A stretch of DNA of 64,000 nt from Alistipes sp. (GTDB lineage: Bacteria; Bacteroidota; Bacteroidia; Bacteroidales; Rikenellaceae): NCBI GenBank assembly GCA_017410165.1, contig JAFQRH010000007.1, positions 4,447 through 68,446 on the forward strand. Reading direction: 5' to 3'. A program made the translations under genes and the position numbers. The notes beneath the pieces were generated by a model, which saw only the letters and a program-made list of their open reading frames with translations, ran no database searches and was not told the origin of the DNA. Positions 21,229 through 30,764 of the stretch are shown in pieces; positions within the stretch are counted from its first letter, which is position 1, and each line of letters opens with the position of its first letter.

Positions 21229-22350
21229 CTATTGTGCCATTGCCGGCTGCTTGTGTTTTATACGCGAGGTGACCCTCTTCCAGTCGAGCAATCGCCACCA
21301 ATCGCGTACGAAATCGGCTCGACGATTACGATGGTCGATATAGTAGGCGTGTTCCCACACATCAAGCGTCAGTAACGGGTTCAGCCCCGAACGCAACGGA
21401 TTACCCGCATTCGATGTCGAGACAATCGACAGCCGACCATCCTTATCCTCGACGAGCCATACCCAACCCGAACCAAATAGTGAGGTTGCCGCCTTTGTGA
21501 ACTGCTCTTTGAAGGCATCTACCCCACCGAAATCGCGTTCGATGGCTCTACGCAACTCGGCAGGCATATCGGTTTGCGTCGGGGTGAGCGTATTGAAAAA
21601 GAGCGTATGGTTCCAAACCTGCGCAGCATTATTAAACAGCGCACCGTCGGCGTGAACGACAAGCGAGTCGAGCGTCATCCCTTCGCAGGGCGAGCCGACC
21701 GCCAAGCGATTCAGATTATCGACATACGTTTGCAGGTGTTTGCCGTAGTGGTAGTCGATGGTTTCGCGGCTCATCAGCGGAGCCAAAGCGTCTGCCGAGT
21801 ATGGCAGTGAAGGCATTGTGTAATTCATAATTTTATCGGTTTTGGTTACGTTCGGTTGAGCAACGACCACCTTTACAACATCCCCCGCCCGCAATCGGTT
21901 ATGTAGGTAGATATATCCGTTGAGATAGGTAGCGAAGAATAGCCACAGCAGGTATGGCACCATAAGCCACGCGGCCAACAGACGACGCGAGGCGGCATAT
22001 ATTATATAGGTAAAGACCAACACATCGAGCAGAAGAATCGTTATGAGTCCCGCAAGAGGCGAACGCAATGCAAAGAATACTACGCTCCACAGAAAATTGA
22101 CCAGCAGTTGTAGCAACCACAGGCGCACGACACTCATATCCCCTCGCGAAACAAGCACTCCGATACTCACGCCCATAAGCAGATAGAGCACGCTCCACGC
22201 AATCGGGAAGACGATATTCGGAGGCGTTAGCGGCGAACGCACCAATGTCGGATACCACTCTTCGAGTGCCGAGGTTTGGAGCATCGAGCCAATGACACCA
22301 ACTCCGAAGCACAGCAGTATAGGCACAACGTATGACAACACCTTTCTCAT
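21229..22350 (-). CDS. TspO/MBR tryptophan-rich sensory domain fused in frame to an Fe/Mn superoxide dismutase
   Basis: WYPTL..SPLTPPN.VF..AW..LY.LMG and LWL.FATYLN (TspO), then YHYGKH, NAAQVWNH, FGSGW, DVWEHAYY (SOD); no stop between them; ATG at 22350. Confidence 0.9.
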   Translation of the reverse strand: MRKVLSYVVPILLCFGVGVIGSMLQTSALEEWYPTLVRSPLTPPNIVFPIAWSVLYLLMGVSIGVLVSRGDMSVVRLWLLQLLVNFLWSVVFFALRSPLAGLITILLLDVLVFTYIIYAASRRLLAAWLMVPYLLWLFFATYLNGYIYLHNRLRAGDVVKVVVAQPNVTKTDKIMNYTMPSLPYSADALAPLMSRETIDYHYGKHLQTYVDNLNRLAVGSPCEGMTLDSLVVHADGALFNNAAQVWNHTLFFNTLTPTQTDMPAELRRAIERDFGGVDAFKEQFTKAATSLFGSGWVWLVEDKDGRLSIVSTSNAGNPLRSGLNPLLTLDVWEHAYYIDHRNRRADFVRDWWRLLDWKRVTSRIKHKQPAMAQ

Positions 22351-22418
22351 AAAAGCAACAAAATTTAGTTCGTACGACGATACGCTACAAATCCAATGCC
22401 CCAATCGACAAAAAGATA

Positions 22419-22452
22419 GGTGGGTATCCGAGAAACATCTCGAATACCCACC
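22419..22452 (-). terminator. Terminator-like hairpin after MFS transporter 1
   Basis: GGTGGGTAT..CGAGA/TCTCG.ATACCCACC. Confidence 0.6.
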
Positions 22453-22480
22453 CATATTATACCCTACGCGGGGCTATACG

Positions 22481-23935
22481 CTACGCCTGTTGCTCCTCGT
22501 AGCCATCGGCTTTGGCACTCCACATCGTGAGCAACGACACCACGCCGAGCATAGCCATAATCAAAATGGTTATATACGCTGCATTCCAACCATAGTGCTG
22601 TGCTACGAAACCGAAGCCAACACCCGAGATGAGCGTACTTGCATAACCAAAGATACCAAGAATACCGTTTGCCGTAGCAGCTGCGCGGTTAGTTGCCTGA
22701 TTAGCGGCAGCAACACCCAGCAACGCCTGCGGACCATAGATAAAGAAGCCGATAAATGTAAATGGAATCATCATCAACCACCAAGGCGAACCCGTCGGAA
22801 TAACCCAAAAGAGGGCAATCGACAACGCTGCACCTATCATACAGAATACGCACGTGTGGTGTGCCTTATTCTTGAACACGTGGTCCGTAACCCAACCTGC
22901 AACGACCATACCGATATTACCGCCGATGAACTCGAATACGATACAGAGCGTTGTAGCCATAGCCAACGACAAGCCCTTCGACTCGATGAGCAACGTCGGG
23001 CCCCAGTCGAGCGCAGCAAAACGAACGACATAGACAAAGAAGTTGGTCAGCGCCAACGTCCAAATCAGACGATTGCCAAACACCTTGCGGCGAACAAATG
23101 CTTTGTACTCTGCCTTCTCCTCCGGCGTACGCACGATTGCCTTCTTCTTGCCCACAACCTCCGGAAGACCGACATCCGACGGAGAGTCTTTAAGCAGTGT
23201 GAACAATCCGATGGCACCAATCGTGGCAAATATAGCCGGAATGATGAAGCACCAACGCCAAGCATAGAAGTGTGCTGCAAAGGTGAGCACCTTCGGGTCG
23301 GTGACCTCCAAGCCGAGATTCGATGCGATAGTGGCTACCGCCTCGGCATTTGCCGACATATCGACACCCAGATGAGGCATAATATACCAGCCGCACAAGC
23401 CGAATACAAGACCTGCACCAATCGAGTGGGACATATTCCAGATGGAGAGTTTCGTAGCGAGTTCCTTCGGATGAACCCACTGCGTGATGGTCTTGGTGAT
23501 AGGCGGCACGCCCATACCCTGCAAGTAGCCATTAATCACCCACACGATGCCCATAAAGTAGAGTAACACGCTCGAAAAGGCAATCTCGACACCTGCATTA
23601 TTCGCCAACGCAACAATCCATCCGGCGATGGTATCGCTACAACCGAACAAGAAGTTAGCCAATGCACACAGCATCAAGCCAATCGAAACAACAATACGCG
23701 CGCTGTTGCGGTCCGAAATAATACCGTTCACGAAACGCGACAGACCGTAGATAATGCCGTGCAACGTAAGGAACAAACCGAGCGACACCTTCGAGATACC
23801 GAACTCAGCCGTCAAACCCGGCATTGCAACCGAAAAGTTTTTACGCACGAAGTAGAAGAACGCGTAGCCCACCATCGTAACGATGATGGTCCGCCACTGC
23901 CAATACTGAAACGAGTGTTTGGTTTTTTCAGCCAT
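22481..23935 (-). CDS. GlpT/UhpT-type organophosphate:Pi antiporter (MFS), paralog 1
   Basis: YWQWRT...GY..FYFVRKN, WNMSHSIG, YVVRF..LDWGP, FIYGPQAL; both substrate-binding Arg motifs present. Confidence 0.92.
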   Translation of the reverse strand: MAEKTKHSFQYWQWRTIIVTMVGYAFFYFVRKNFSVAMPGLTAEFGISKVSLGLFLTLHGIIYGLSRFVNGIISDRNSARIVVSIGLMLCALANFLFGCSDTIAGWIVALANNAGVEIAFSSVLLYFMGIVWVINGYLQGMGVPPITKTITQWVHPKELATKLSIWNMSHSIGAGLVFGLCGWYIMPHLGVDMSANAEAVATIASNLGLEVTDPKVLTFAAHFYAWRWCFIIPAIFATIGAIGLFTLLKDSPSDVGLPEVVGKKKAIVRTPEEKAEYKAFVRRKVFGNRLIWTLALTNFFVYVVRFAALDWGPTLLIESKGLSLAMATTLCIVFEFIGGNIGMVVAGWVTDHVFKNKAHHTCVFCMIGAALSIALFWVIPTGSPWWLMMIPFTFIGFFIYGPQALLGVAAANQATNRAAATANGILGIFGYASTLISGVGFGFVAQHYGWNAAYITILIMAMLGVVSLLTMWSAKADGYEEQQA

Positions 23936-23994
23936 TTTATCTAATTAAGTTTTAGGTTTTTAAGGTTTTTTGTTTGGTAGATGCGGTTGCGAGA

Positions 23995-25335
23995 TTACTC
24001 AACCTCCCAGATACCACCCTTGCCAAAGAGACGCTCGGTAAGTTCGGCCATAAATCCGCAACGATAGACGATATCGATATTCGTAAAGCGGCTACGCATA
24101 TACGGAATATACGAGAAGGTCTTACGCATACGCTCGCGTGTCACGCCGATATGCTCCGGCTCATAAGGAGCGCCTACCAAACGGAGGTTTTCGCGCACCT
24201 CGGCAAACGGAATAATCTGCTCACGAATCTGCTCTTTGAGCGTAGGCCAAGCGGCTTTGAGTGCCTCCAACTGCTTGCGCAAGCCCTCTTTATCGGTATA
24301 TTTACCGTAGGTCTCCTTCAAACCACGAGCAAGGTGACCAGGCATTCCTGCGAATACCTCACGAATCTCCTGCTCCTGCTCTTCCCACGACTTCCACTGC
24401 TCGACGCACTTATCAACGTCCAGATTAGCAATATCCTTCTCCAACAAGAACTCCAACGATGCGGTCGAAGCCAACGTGCCGATACCGACCTTGAAGCCGT
24501 GCGACACGTGCTTACCCTCGAAGCACAAATCCTCCATATCCCAGCAGTGCGAGAACTGGTGCTCGGTACCCGACGCCGGACGGCTCGACTGGATTGCCTG
24601 CATAGCAAAGCCACTCATAAGCAGACCCTCGGCGAGTGCCTCGGTCATCTTCAAGTCGCCCTCGTGCACAGCAGCCGGAGCCGACAACGACTCACGCAGA
24701 CCATCCTGCACCAAATCCCACGCAAACTTATCTACCGGCTCGTTACCCGTAACGTCAGCCAGCAACCAATCTGCCGCAGCAGGAATCTTCGCAATCAAAT
24801 CGGCATAACCCGACGCAGCCAACTCCTTCGGAGCATCAGCCGCAATAACAGGGTCCATCACAAAACCGTATGGAGCCGGACAATCGAACGTCTGCTTGTT
24901 GCCATCCTTGGTAATCGACGCGCCGTAAGCCGTGTAGCCATCCATCGAAGCAGCCGTACCTACACACATATATTTGCGACCGAGCAGATGCGAAGCATAC
25001 TTGGTCATATCGTTCATCACACCCGAACCGACAGCGATAGCGATTGCGTCCAGATTTTTCAGATGCTCGTGAATCTTCTCGACGTGCTGCCACTCGGCGT
25101 AGAGTTCCTTGTCGGTAAAGATAAACGGCTTCTCCTGCGGAATACCTGCCGCTTCGAGCGAAGCAAATACCGCCTTGCCGGCTACCTCCCACGTATTGAG
25201 GTCGGCAATGATGATTGCCGTCTGCTGCGGGAAGAGTTTGGCGAACATCTCTGCCGTACGCGATACCACACCGGCACCAATAATAAGGTCTTTTGTGTCT
25301 GTTGTGCGTTGAAGAGCACTCTCTACTTTGTTCAT
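23995..25335 (-). CDS. araM: sn-glycerol-1-phosphate dehydrogenase family (AraM/EgsA-like)
   Basis: AVGSGVMND..K, GTAASMDGY, SGYADLIAK, RPASGTEHQFSH, SHGFKVG. Confidence 0.88.
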   Translation of the reverse strand: MNKVESALQRTTDTKDLIIGAGVVSRTAEMFAKLFPQQTAIIIADLNTWEVAGKAVFASLEAAGIPQEKPFIFTDKELYAEWQHVEKIHEHLKNLDAIAIAVGSGVMNDMTKYASHLLGRKYMCVGTAASMDGYTAYGASITKDGNKQTFDCPAPYGFVMDPVIAADAPKELAASGYADLIAKIPAAADWLLADVTGNEPVDKFAWDLVQDGLRESLSAPAAVHEGDLKMTEALAEGLLMSGFAMQAIQSSRPASGTEHQFSHCWDMEDLCFEGKHVSHGFKVGIGTLASTASLEFLLEKDIANLDVDKCVEQWKSWEEQEQEIREVFAGMPGHLARGLKETYGKYTDKEGLRKQLEALKAAWPTLKEQIREQIIPFAEVRENLRLVGAPYEPEHIGVTRERMRKTFSYIPYMRSRFTNIDIVYRCGFMAELTERLFGKGGIWEVE

Positions 25336-25365
25336 TTTCTCTATTGTGTTTTAGTTTTACATCAT

Positions 25366-26055
25366 CTACTTCTTTTGGCCATAGTAGGCATTTGCACCGT
25401 GCTTGCGCTCGTAGTGCTTCTCGACAAGGTCGGGATTCATCTCGACCGACGGATTCAGCGCCACCGTGATAGATGCCATTCGGGCAACCTCCTCCAAAAT
25501 CACAGCGTTATGCACCGCATCGTGCGCACTCTTACCCCACGTGAATGGACCGTGATGCTTGACGAGGACCGCCGGCGTATGCATCGGATTCATACCCTCG
25601 AAGGCATCGGCAATCACATCACCGGTCGCCGCCTCGTATGCCGATTCAATCTGCTCGCGCGTCATCTCCTCCGTACACGGAATGTCGCAATAGAACGTAT
25701 CGGCGTGTGTCGTTCCGATATTCGGAATTGCGCGACCCGCCTGTGCCCAAGCCGTTGCGTAGGTCGAGTGGGTATGCACGACACCGCCAACATCCGCAAA
25801 GCGACGATAGATGGCAAGATGTGTCGGCGTATCGGACGACGGACGGAGCGTGCCATCGACCACATTACCATCCAAATCGACAACGACCATATCGTCTGCC
25901 GTCATATTATCGTACTCGACACCACTCGGCTTGATAACGACCAAACCCGTCTTACGGTCGATTGCGGAGACGTTACCCCAAGTGAGTATCACCAAATTGC
26001 GGCGCACCAATTCAAGATTGGCATCCAGCACCTCACGTTTCAACTCTTCAAGCAT
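25366..26055 (-). CDS. araD: L-ribulose-5-phosphate 4-epimerase
   Basis: [49 protein letters not shown]. Confidence 0.96.
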   Translation of the reverse strand: MLEELKREVLDANLELVRRNLVILTWGNVSAIDRKTGLVVIKPSGVEYDNMTADDMVVVDLDGNVVDGTLRPSSDTPTHLAIYRRFADVGGVVHTHSTYATAWAQAGRAIPNIGTTHADTFYCDIPCTEEMTREQIESAYEAATGDVIADAFEGMNPMHTPAVLVKHHGPFTWGKSAHDAVHNAVILEEVARMASITVALNPSVEMNPDLVEKHYERKHGANAYYGQKK

Positions 26056-26248
26056 TGCTATACGTGTTTTACAGATTGATTATTTAGTTAGTTTGTCAGT
26101 GTCGGTATTTCAAAAGTTATCCTTTTCAACCACAAAAATAACTACACGGTATCAAAAAAGCAAGAAAAACTATCACCAATCGATGTTTTTCTTTCCTTTT
26201 CTTACTTTTCTACTTTGCTTTTTGCACACTTTCCATTTTTAAGCGATG

Positions 26249-26992
26249 CTACAAGCGATTCTCCTCCGCATCCTTTTCCAGCACATCGTCGCCCTCCCAC
26301 TCGAACATCGGGAAATCACGACGCGCACCAAGCGAGAAGCGCGTATAGGTTATCGGCAGACCACGACGCAGATAGACCTGCTCGTAGGCCGTCTTGACCG
26401 ACAGCACCTCATCGGCATAGCCACTGCCGTAGATATCGTTATTGGCAACCTCGCACGGCAAATCGAATCGGCGCACGACCTCTGCCGTATAGTTAAACAG
26501 GTGTTGCGAGTCGGTTTTCAGGTTAATCCAACCATCATCCTCCAAGATTTGGGCATAGTAGTTCAAAAAGACGGGCGACGTCAGACGTTTCTTTGCTCGA
26601 CGCGTTTTGAGTTGCGGATCGGGGAATGTAATCCATATCTCGGCAACCTCGCCCTTCGCAAAGAGCGACGTAATGAACTCGATACGCGCGCGAAGGAAAC
26701 CGACATTTTGCATCTTCGCCTCGGTTGCACTCTTTGCGCCGCGCCACATACGGGCACCCTTAATATCGACGCCGATAAAGTTTTTATCGGGATTGCGCTC
26801 CGCCAGAGCAACCGTATATTCGCCCTTGCCACAACCGAGTTCCAGCACTATCGGGCGGTCGTTCTTGAAAAAATCGCGATGCCAATTACCCTTCAACGGG
26901 TGGTCGCAACGGAACATCTGCTCGAATGCCGGCTGTACGAAGCACTCGAAGGTCAGATTCTCCGCAAATCGTTTAAGTTTATCTTTTCCCAT
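26249..26992 (-). CDS. trmB: tRNA (guanine-N7)-methyltransferase
   Basis: LELGCGKGE, GVDIKGAR, ITFPDPQ, LKTD. Confidence 0.96.
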   Translation of the reverse strand: MGKDKLKRFAENLTFECFVQPAFEQMFRCDHPLKGNWHRDFFKNDRPIVLELGCGKGEYTVALAERNPDKNFIGVDIKGARMWRGAKSATEAKMQNVGFLRARIEFITSLFAKGEVAEIWITFPDPQLKTRRAKKRLTSPVFLNYYAQILEDDGWINLKTDSQHLFNYTAEVVRRFDLPCEVANNDIYGSGYADEVLSVKTAYEQVYLRRGLPITYTRFSLGARRDFPMFEWEGDDVLEKDAEENRL

Positions 26993-27431
26993 CTGTTTCG
27001 GTCTCCACCTCTATTCCTACCGCCTCGATACCGCGCACGGCATACAGAGGCGAGATTGTAAATATATAACTACCTCGTTGTGAGAGTAGCGAGTGTTCTC
27101 TATACGCCACGCTCTCCGACATCGCAAACGGCGACGATGCGCGCCCGTTGCCATCTATTCGCAACGTCACACATTCGGAGAACTGACGAGCATCGGGCAG
27201 CGAGACATTCACCTGCACCGAAAGTGTATCCTGCTTGAAATTATGATTGTAGCGCAAAGCAATCGACAAACGGCGCAACGAGAGCGTATCGTCGTTCTCG
27301 AAAAGAACACTCTCCGGCTCGCGCCACTCTCGCGGATTGACGGCCGACATCTCCACCCTCTGCGGAGCAAGACACCCCACTGCCGCCACGACCGCTACCG
27401 TCGCCAACACTACGCTACGCAACCACTGCAT
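26979..27431 (-). CDS. gldH: GldH-like lipoprotein
   Basis: Lipobox AVGC; W.....F..DDT...., LRYN.NF; downstream of a PSP1 gene, as is usual in Bacteroidetes. Confidence 0.7.
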   Translation of the reverse strand: MQWLRSVVLATVAVVAAVGCLAPQRVEMSAVNPREWREPESVLFENDDTLSLRRLSIALRYNHNFKQDTLSVQVNVSLPDARQFSECVTLRIDGNGRASSPFAMSESVAYREHSLLSQRGSYIFTISPLYAVRGIEAVGIEVETETDGKR

Positions 27432-27451
27432 ATCCGACCTCTCCTCTGCCG

Positions 27452-28846
27452 TTACTCTTCGCTTGCACCACCTTGACGCTCCTCGCGCGGTGCGTTATTA
27501 TGGCGATTTCTGCCGCCACGATGTGCTCCACCGCGAGAACGGTTGTTACGATTGTGCGAGTGGTTTGCGCGACGTTCACCCTCCGCCTTCGGTGCAGCCG
27601 TCGGCTGTGCATCGTCTGTCGGCTCCGAAGAGGCGTTTTGTGCCGGTTTATGCTCCTGCTTGTCGTGCGCGTCGGTGTGCTCTCTGCGCTCGGCGCGTTG
27701 CTCCTGACGATTGTCGCCACGCGAATTGCGATTGTTGCGCTTCTTGCGCTTCTTTGCCTTATCGAAACGAGTGATGCTATCCTCCTCGGTGCGGAATGTC
27801 GGCTCCTCGGTCTTGGCAGGTGCCGTATCGCCCAAGATGCTCTCGACCTTCTTGCCGTCGCGGTTAAGTGCCAAAATCTCCTTCACGCGCCAAATCGGAA
27901 TCGTCACCACGTTGGCCATTGCCTCCTTGCTCGTGCTGAACGACATCGTGCGGGCGAGGATATCGGTCTTGACCGGATAGTACTCGCCATCCATCGCCTG
28001 CAACGGCTCGCGCAGACGCGGAATCGAGCGACGTGCATCGGCATAGACATCGTATTCGTACATCAGGCAGCACTTCAACTTTGAGCACTGACCCGCCAAC
28101 TTCTGCGGATTGAGCGACAAATCCTGCACGCGCGCTGCGGAGGTTGTGACGCTCGAAAAGCTCGAAATCCACGACGCACAGCACAACTCACGACCACAAG
28201 CACCGATACCGCCGATGCGGCCCGCCTCCTGACGTGCGCCAATCTGCTTCATCTCGATACGGATATGGAACTGCTCGGCAAAGACCTTGATAAGTTCGCG
28301 GAAATCGACACGGCCGTCGGCAATGTAGTAGAATATCGCCTTAATCTTGTCGCCCTGATACTCCACGTCGCCAATCTTCATATCGAGCCCCATATCGGCA
28401 GCAATCTGGCGCGAGCGAATCATCGTCTCGTGCTCCAAGGCAATCGCCTCCTGCCAACGCTCGATATCGTACGGCTTTGCCTTGCGGTAAATCTTCTTGA
28501 ACTCGCCATTGTAGGGGTTGAAACCTATGCGGCGCATCTGCTTTGCGACCATATCGCCCGTCAGCGAGATGATGCCCACATCGTGGCCCGGCGACGCCTC
28601 GACAGCCACAATATCGCCCACTTCGAGTGGCAGATTATTGACATTCTGGTAGAACGAGCGACGCGTATTCTTGAAACGCACCTCAAATATGTCGGTCGGC
28701 ACATTATTCGGATATTCGCGCTGCCAAGGGGTTTCGTGCAGTTTGAAACAGCCATCGGCATAGACGGCAAACGGCTCGCCGAACTCGTTTTCGCCAAAGC
28801 AACATCCGCGACCAATTTCGGGTTTGGTGTATTTAGTGTAGTCCAT
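27452..28846 (-). CDS. PSP1/RicT (YaaT) domain protein with low-complexity C-terminal tail
   Basis: EVRFKNTRR, VEYQGD..KAIFYY.ADGRVDFRELI, RIEMKQIGARQE...GGIG.CGRELCC, KLAGQCSKLKCCL; start likely 28846. Confidence 0.93.
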   Translation of the reverse strand: MDYTKYTKPEIGRGCCFGENEFGEPFAVYADGCFKLHETPWQREYPNNVPTDIFEVRFKNTRRSFYQNVNNLPLEVGDIVAVEASPGHDVGIISLTGDMVAKQMRRIGFNPYNGEFKKIYRKAKPYDIERWQEAIALEHETMIRSRQIAADMGLDMKIGDVEYQGDKIKAIFYYIADGRVDFRELIKVFAEQFHIRIEMKQIGARQEAGRIGGIGACGRELCCASWISSFSSVTTSAARVQDLSLNPQKLAGQCSKLKCCLMYEYDVYADARRSIPRLREPLQAMDGEYYPVKTDILARTMSFSTSKEAMANVVTIPIWRVKEILALNRDGKKVESILGDTAPAKTEEPTFRTEEDSITRFDKAKKRKKRNNRNSRGDNRQEQRAERREHTDAHDKQEHKPAQNASSEPTDDAQPTAAPKAEGERRANHSHNRNNRSRGGAHRGGRNRHNNAPREERQGGASEE

Positions 28847-29095
28847 AATTTCCCAAAAGTTTGTATATTTCGGGTAAAGGTAGGAAAAATTTTTCAATTA
28901 CCGCATGTTTTGCGTAGCAAAAACTGTTTCTTACCACAATTAGCCACGACACAGACGAAACAAGGGTGGGGCATTCGATTATCATCTACTAACTCCACCC
29001 TATCAAGAAAAAAACTCTTCATTTTACCTTCATCAGCAGAAGGTCAGATAATGGTCTGTTCAACAAGGAAATCCATCCGACTTAAATTCAAGGTA

Positions 29096-29210
29096 AAGGC
29101 AAACAACCCGAAAGCCGTTATTGTTGTTACGGTTAGATGGCGAGTTGTTGTTACGGTTAGAAACACGGCAGTTGCGAGCATTATTGTACCAACTGCCCCC
29201 ACGAAGCACC
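29096..29210 (-). repeat. DGR template repeat (TR)
   Basis: 115-nt near copy of 30802-30916; minus strand reads as [38 protein letters not shown] with 12 AAY codons; 12 of 14 differences from VR are at TR adenines. Confidence 0.97.
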
Positions 29211-30217
29211 TACCTAATGACCATTAACTGTAATTTTTCACACACCGAACGTCGTAAGCACTTGGTGTACGCTCTGCGCACAAATGCCAGCAACGGAATT
29301 ATATGCTCTACATATTGTTCATCGTCCCACACTCCGTTTGCAAGTAGGTGTGTATATTTGTATATCTTTCTTTTGAACCTTATTTTGCTTCTTCTGTTAA
29401 GTACGATTTTGTCGCACGATATTCTGTACCCCAAAAATGCCACACCTCTTGTTGCAGTCTCCAATTGCGGACATTTTAAGGTAAGCGACAGTTGTTTAGA
29501 GACAAAATCGGATACTCGATTAACATATTCTTTCAAATCCTCCTTACTATGTCCGAATAACAACATATCATCCATATACCGTACATACACCGGCACACGT
29601 AATGCCTCCTTTATATAGTGATCGAGGAATGAAAGATAGAAATTTGCAAAGTACTGACTCGTAAGATTGCCAATCGGAATACCTCGCTGCGGCGTAACAG
29701 CGTAAGAATCAATAATCTTATCAAACAGATTCAACAGTTGACAATCTTTAAAAACTCGCCGCAACTGCTGTTTCAACACAACGTGCGATACCGAGTCAAA
29801 ATATTTTCTCACATCTAATTTGGCAACATAACGACACTGGCTCATACCCTGTCGAGCACGATCAATCGCAGCATACACACCTTTTCCTTCGCGTGATGCA
29901 TACGTATCGGAAATAAAGTGTTGTTCGAAGCGCGATTTACAGACATTGATTATGGCATGATGCAATACCCGCTCCTCAAACGATGCGGCACATATCACAC
30001 GCTGTTTCGGATCGTATATGTTAAAATAGTGATACCGACCGATTTTGAAAGTACCATTGAGTACTCCATCCCGTAACTCCAAAATATTATTGTAGAGATT
30101 CTTCGTAAATTGTATTACCGGCTCTTTGTGTTGTTTACCTCGTCGCGCATCATAATAGGCCGCCAAAAGATTTTCCAATGCGAGAATCCGAGGCATTAGA
30201 TTAGCAACACGTTTCAT
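29210..30217 (-). CDS. DGR reverse transcriptase
   Basis: 335 aa; YDPK.R.I.AASF.ERV.HHA, GKG, KLDVRKYFDSV, GIPIGNLTSQYFAN, YVRYMDD; no maturase/endonuclease extension; adjoins TR. Confidence 0.96.
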   Translation of the reverse strand: MKRVANLMPRILALENLLAAYYDARRGKQHKEPVIQFTKNLYNNILELRDGVLNGTFKIGRYHYFNIYDPKQRVICAASFEERVLHHAIINVCKSRFEQHFISDTYASREGKGVYAAIDRARQGMSQCRYVAKLDVRKYFDSVSHVVLKQQLRRVFKDCQLLNLFDKIIDSYAVTPQRGIPIGNLTSQYFANFYLSFLDHYIKEALRVPVYVRYMDDMLLFGHSKEDLKEYVNRVSDFVSKQLSLTLKCPQLETATRGVAFLGYRISCDKIVLNRRSKIRFKRKIYKYTHLLANGVWDDEQYVEHIIPLLAFVRRAYTKCLRRSVCEKLQLMVIR

Positions 30218-30666
30218 TGCGACTCCTCAGCAAACAATTCACACAATATGCGACCATACTTTTCAACTCGTTTATCTCCGATTCCGGAAATTTGCGTCAT
30301 AGCCGACGACTCGACTATCGGCAATTGTGCTATTTGAGCAAGTTCCGCATCGGTAAATACGGCATACGCAGGTACAGCATCATCCGCAGCAAGTCGCTTT
30401 CTAATAGCTCTCAATTTGGTAAACTTCTCGAAATCCTCCCGATTGAGCGACTCTTTATAATCGATTTTCTCTTTTCTATCCTGCGGAGAGCCAGAATATG
30501 CCGACGGCAAATATGTCACCAATACCGACCAATGCCCAATATTATCCGACGAGACATAAAACTGTCTGTCAATATCCAACACCTTGTGTCCTCGCAGAAA
30601 CTTGTTCATTATATCCTGTTCCTCTTCGCATCCACGCGACGATATATCAAAAATCTTTACCTGCAT
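30214..30666 (-). CDS. HRDC-domain DGR accessory protein
   Basis: LRAIRKRLAADDAVPAYAVFTDAELAQIA...ISGIGDKRVEKYG; its TGA overlaps the RT ATG (ATGA at 30217-30214). Confidence 0.9.
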   Translation of the reverse strand: MQVKIFDISSRGCEEEQDIMNKFLRGHKVLDIDRQFYVSSDNIGHWSVLVTYLPSAYSGSPQDRKEKIDYKESLNREDFEKFTKLRAIRKRLAADDAVPAYAVFTDAELAQIAQLPIVESSAMTQISGIGDKRVEKYGRILCELFAEESQ

Positions 30667-30703
30667 ATATTTTCTTTGAAATTCACAATAGTATTTGAGC
30701 GAA

Positions 30704-30764
30704 ATCTCGGTTGTCTATTCTCGCAGGACTTTTTCTTTGTCCTGCTCGTCTATCCAACCGAGAT
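30704..30764 (-). other. Two-tier hairpin downstream of the DGR target gene
   Basis: Outer stem ATCTCGGTTG (30704-30713)/CAACCGAGAT (30755-30764); inner stem GCAGGAC (30723-30729)/GTCCTGC (30739-30745). Confidence 0.75.

Noticed and set aside
26979-27431. gldH as evidence of gliding motility
   Set aside because: gldH homologues occur beside PSP1 genes in non-gliding Bacteroidales and no other gld/spr genes are in the window
29117-29160. GTT/AAC trinucleotide runs as a microsatellite or CRISPR-like repeat
   Set aside because: These are the AAY codons of the DGR template repeat
29060-29212. TR is in frame with RT directly after the TAG, so read-through would give an RT-TR fusion peptide
   Set aside because: One-in-three chance of being in frame, no recoding signal seen, and TR functions as RNA
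29210-30217. RT as a group II intron, retron or CRISPR-associated RT
   Set aside because: It has no maturase/endonuclease extension and there are no cas genes or array. The DGR-type SQ motif and a TR/VR pair with adenine-biased differences explain it
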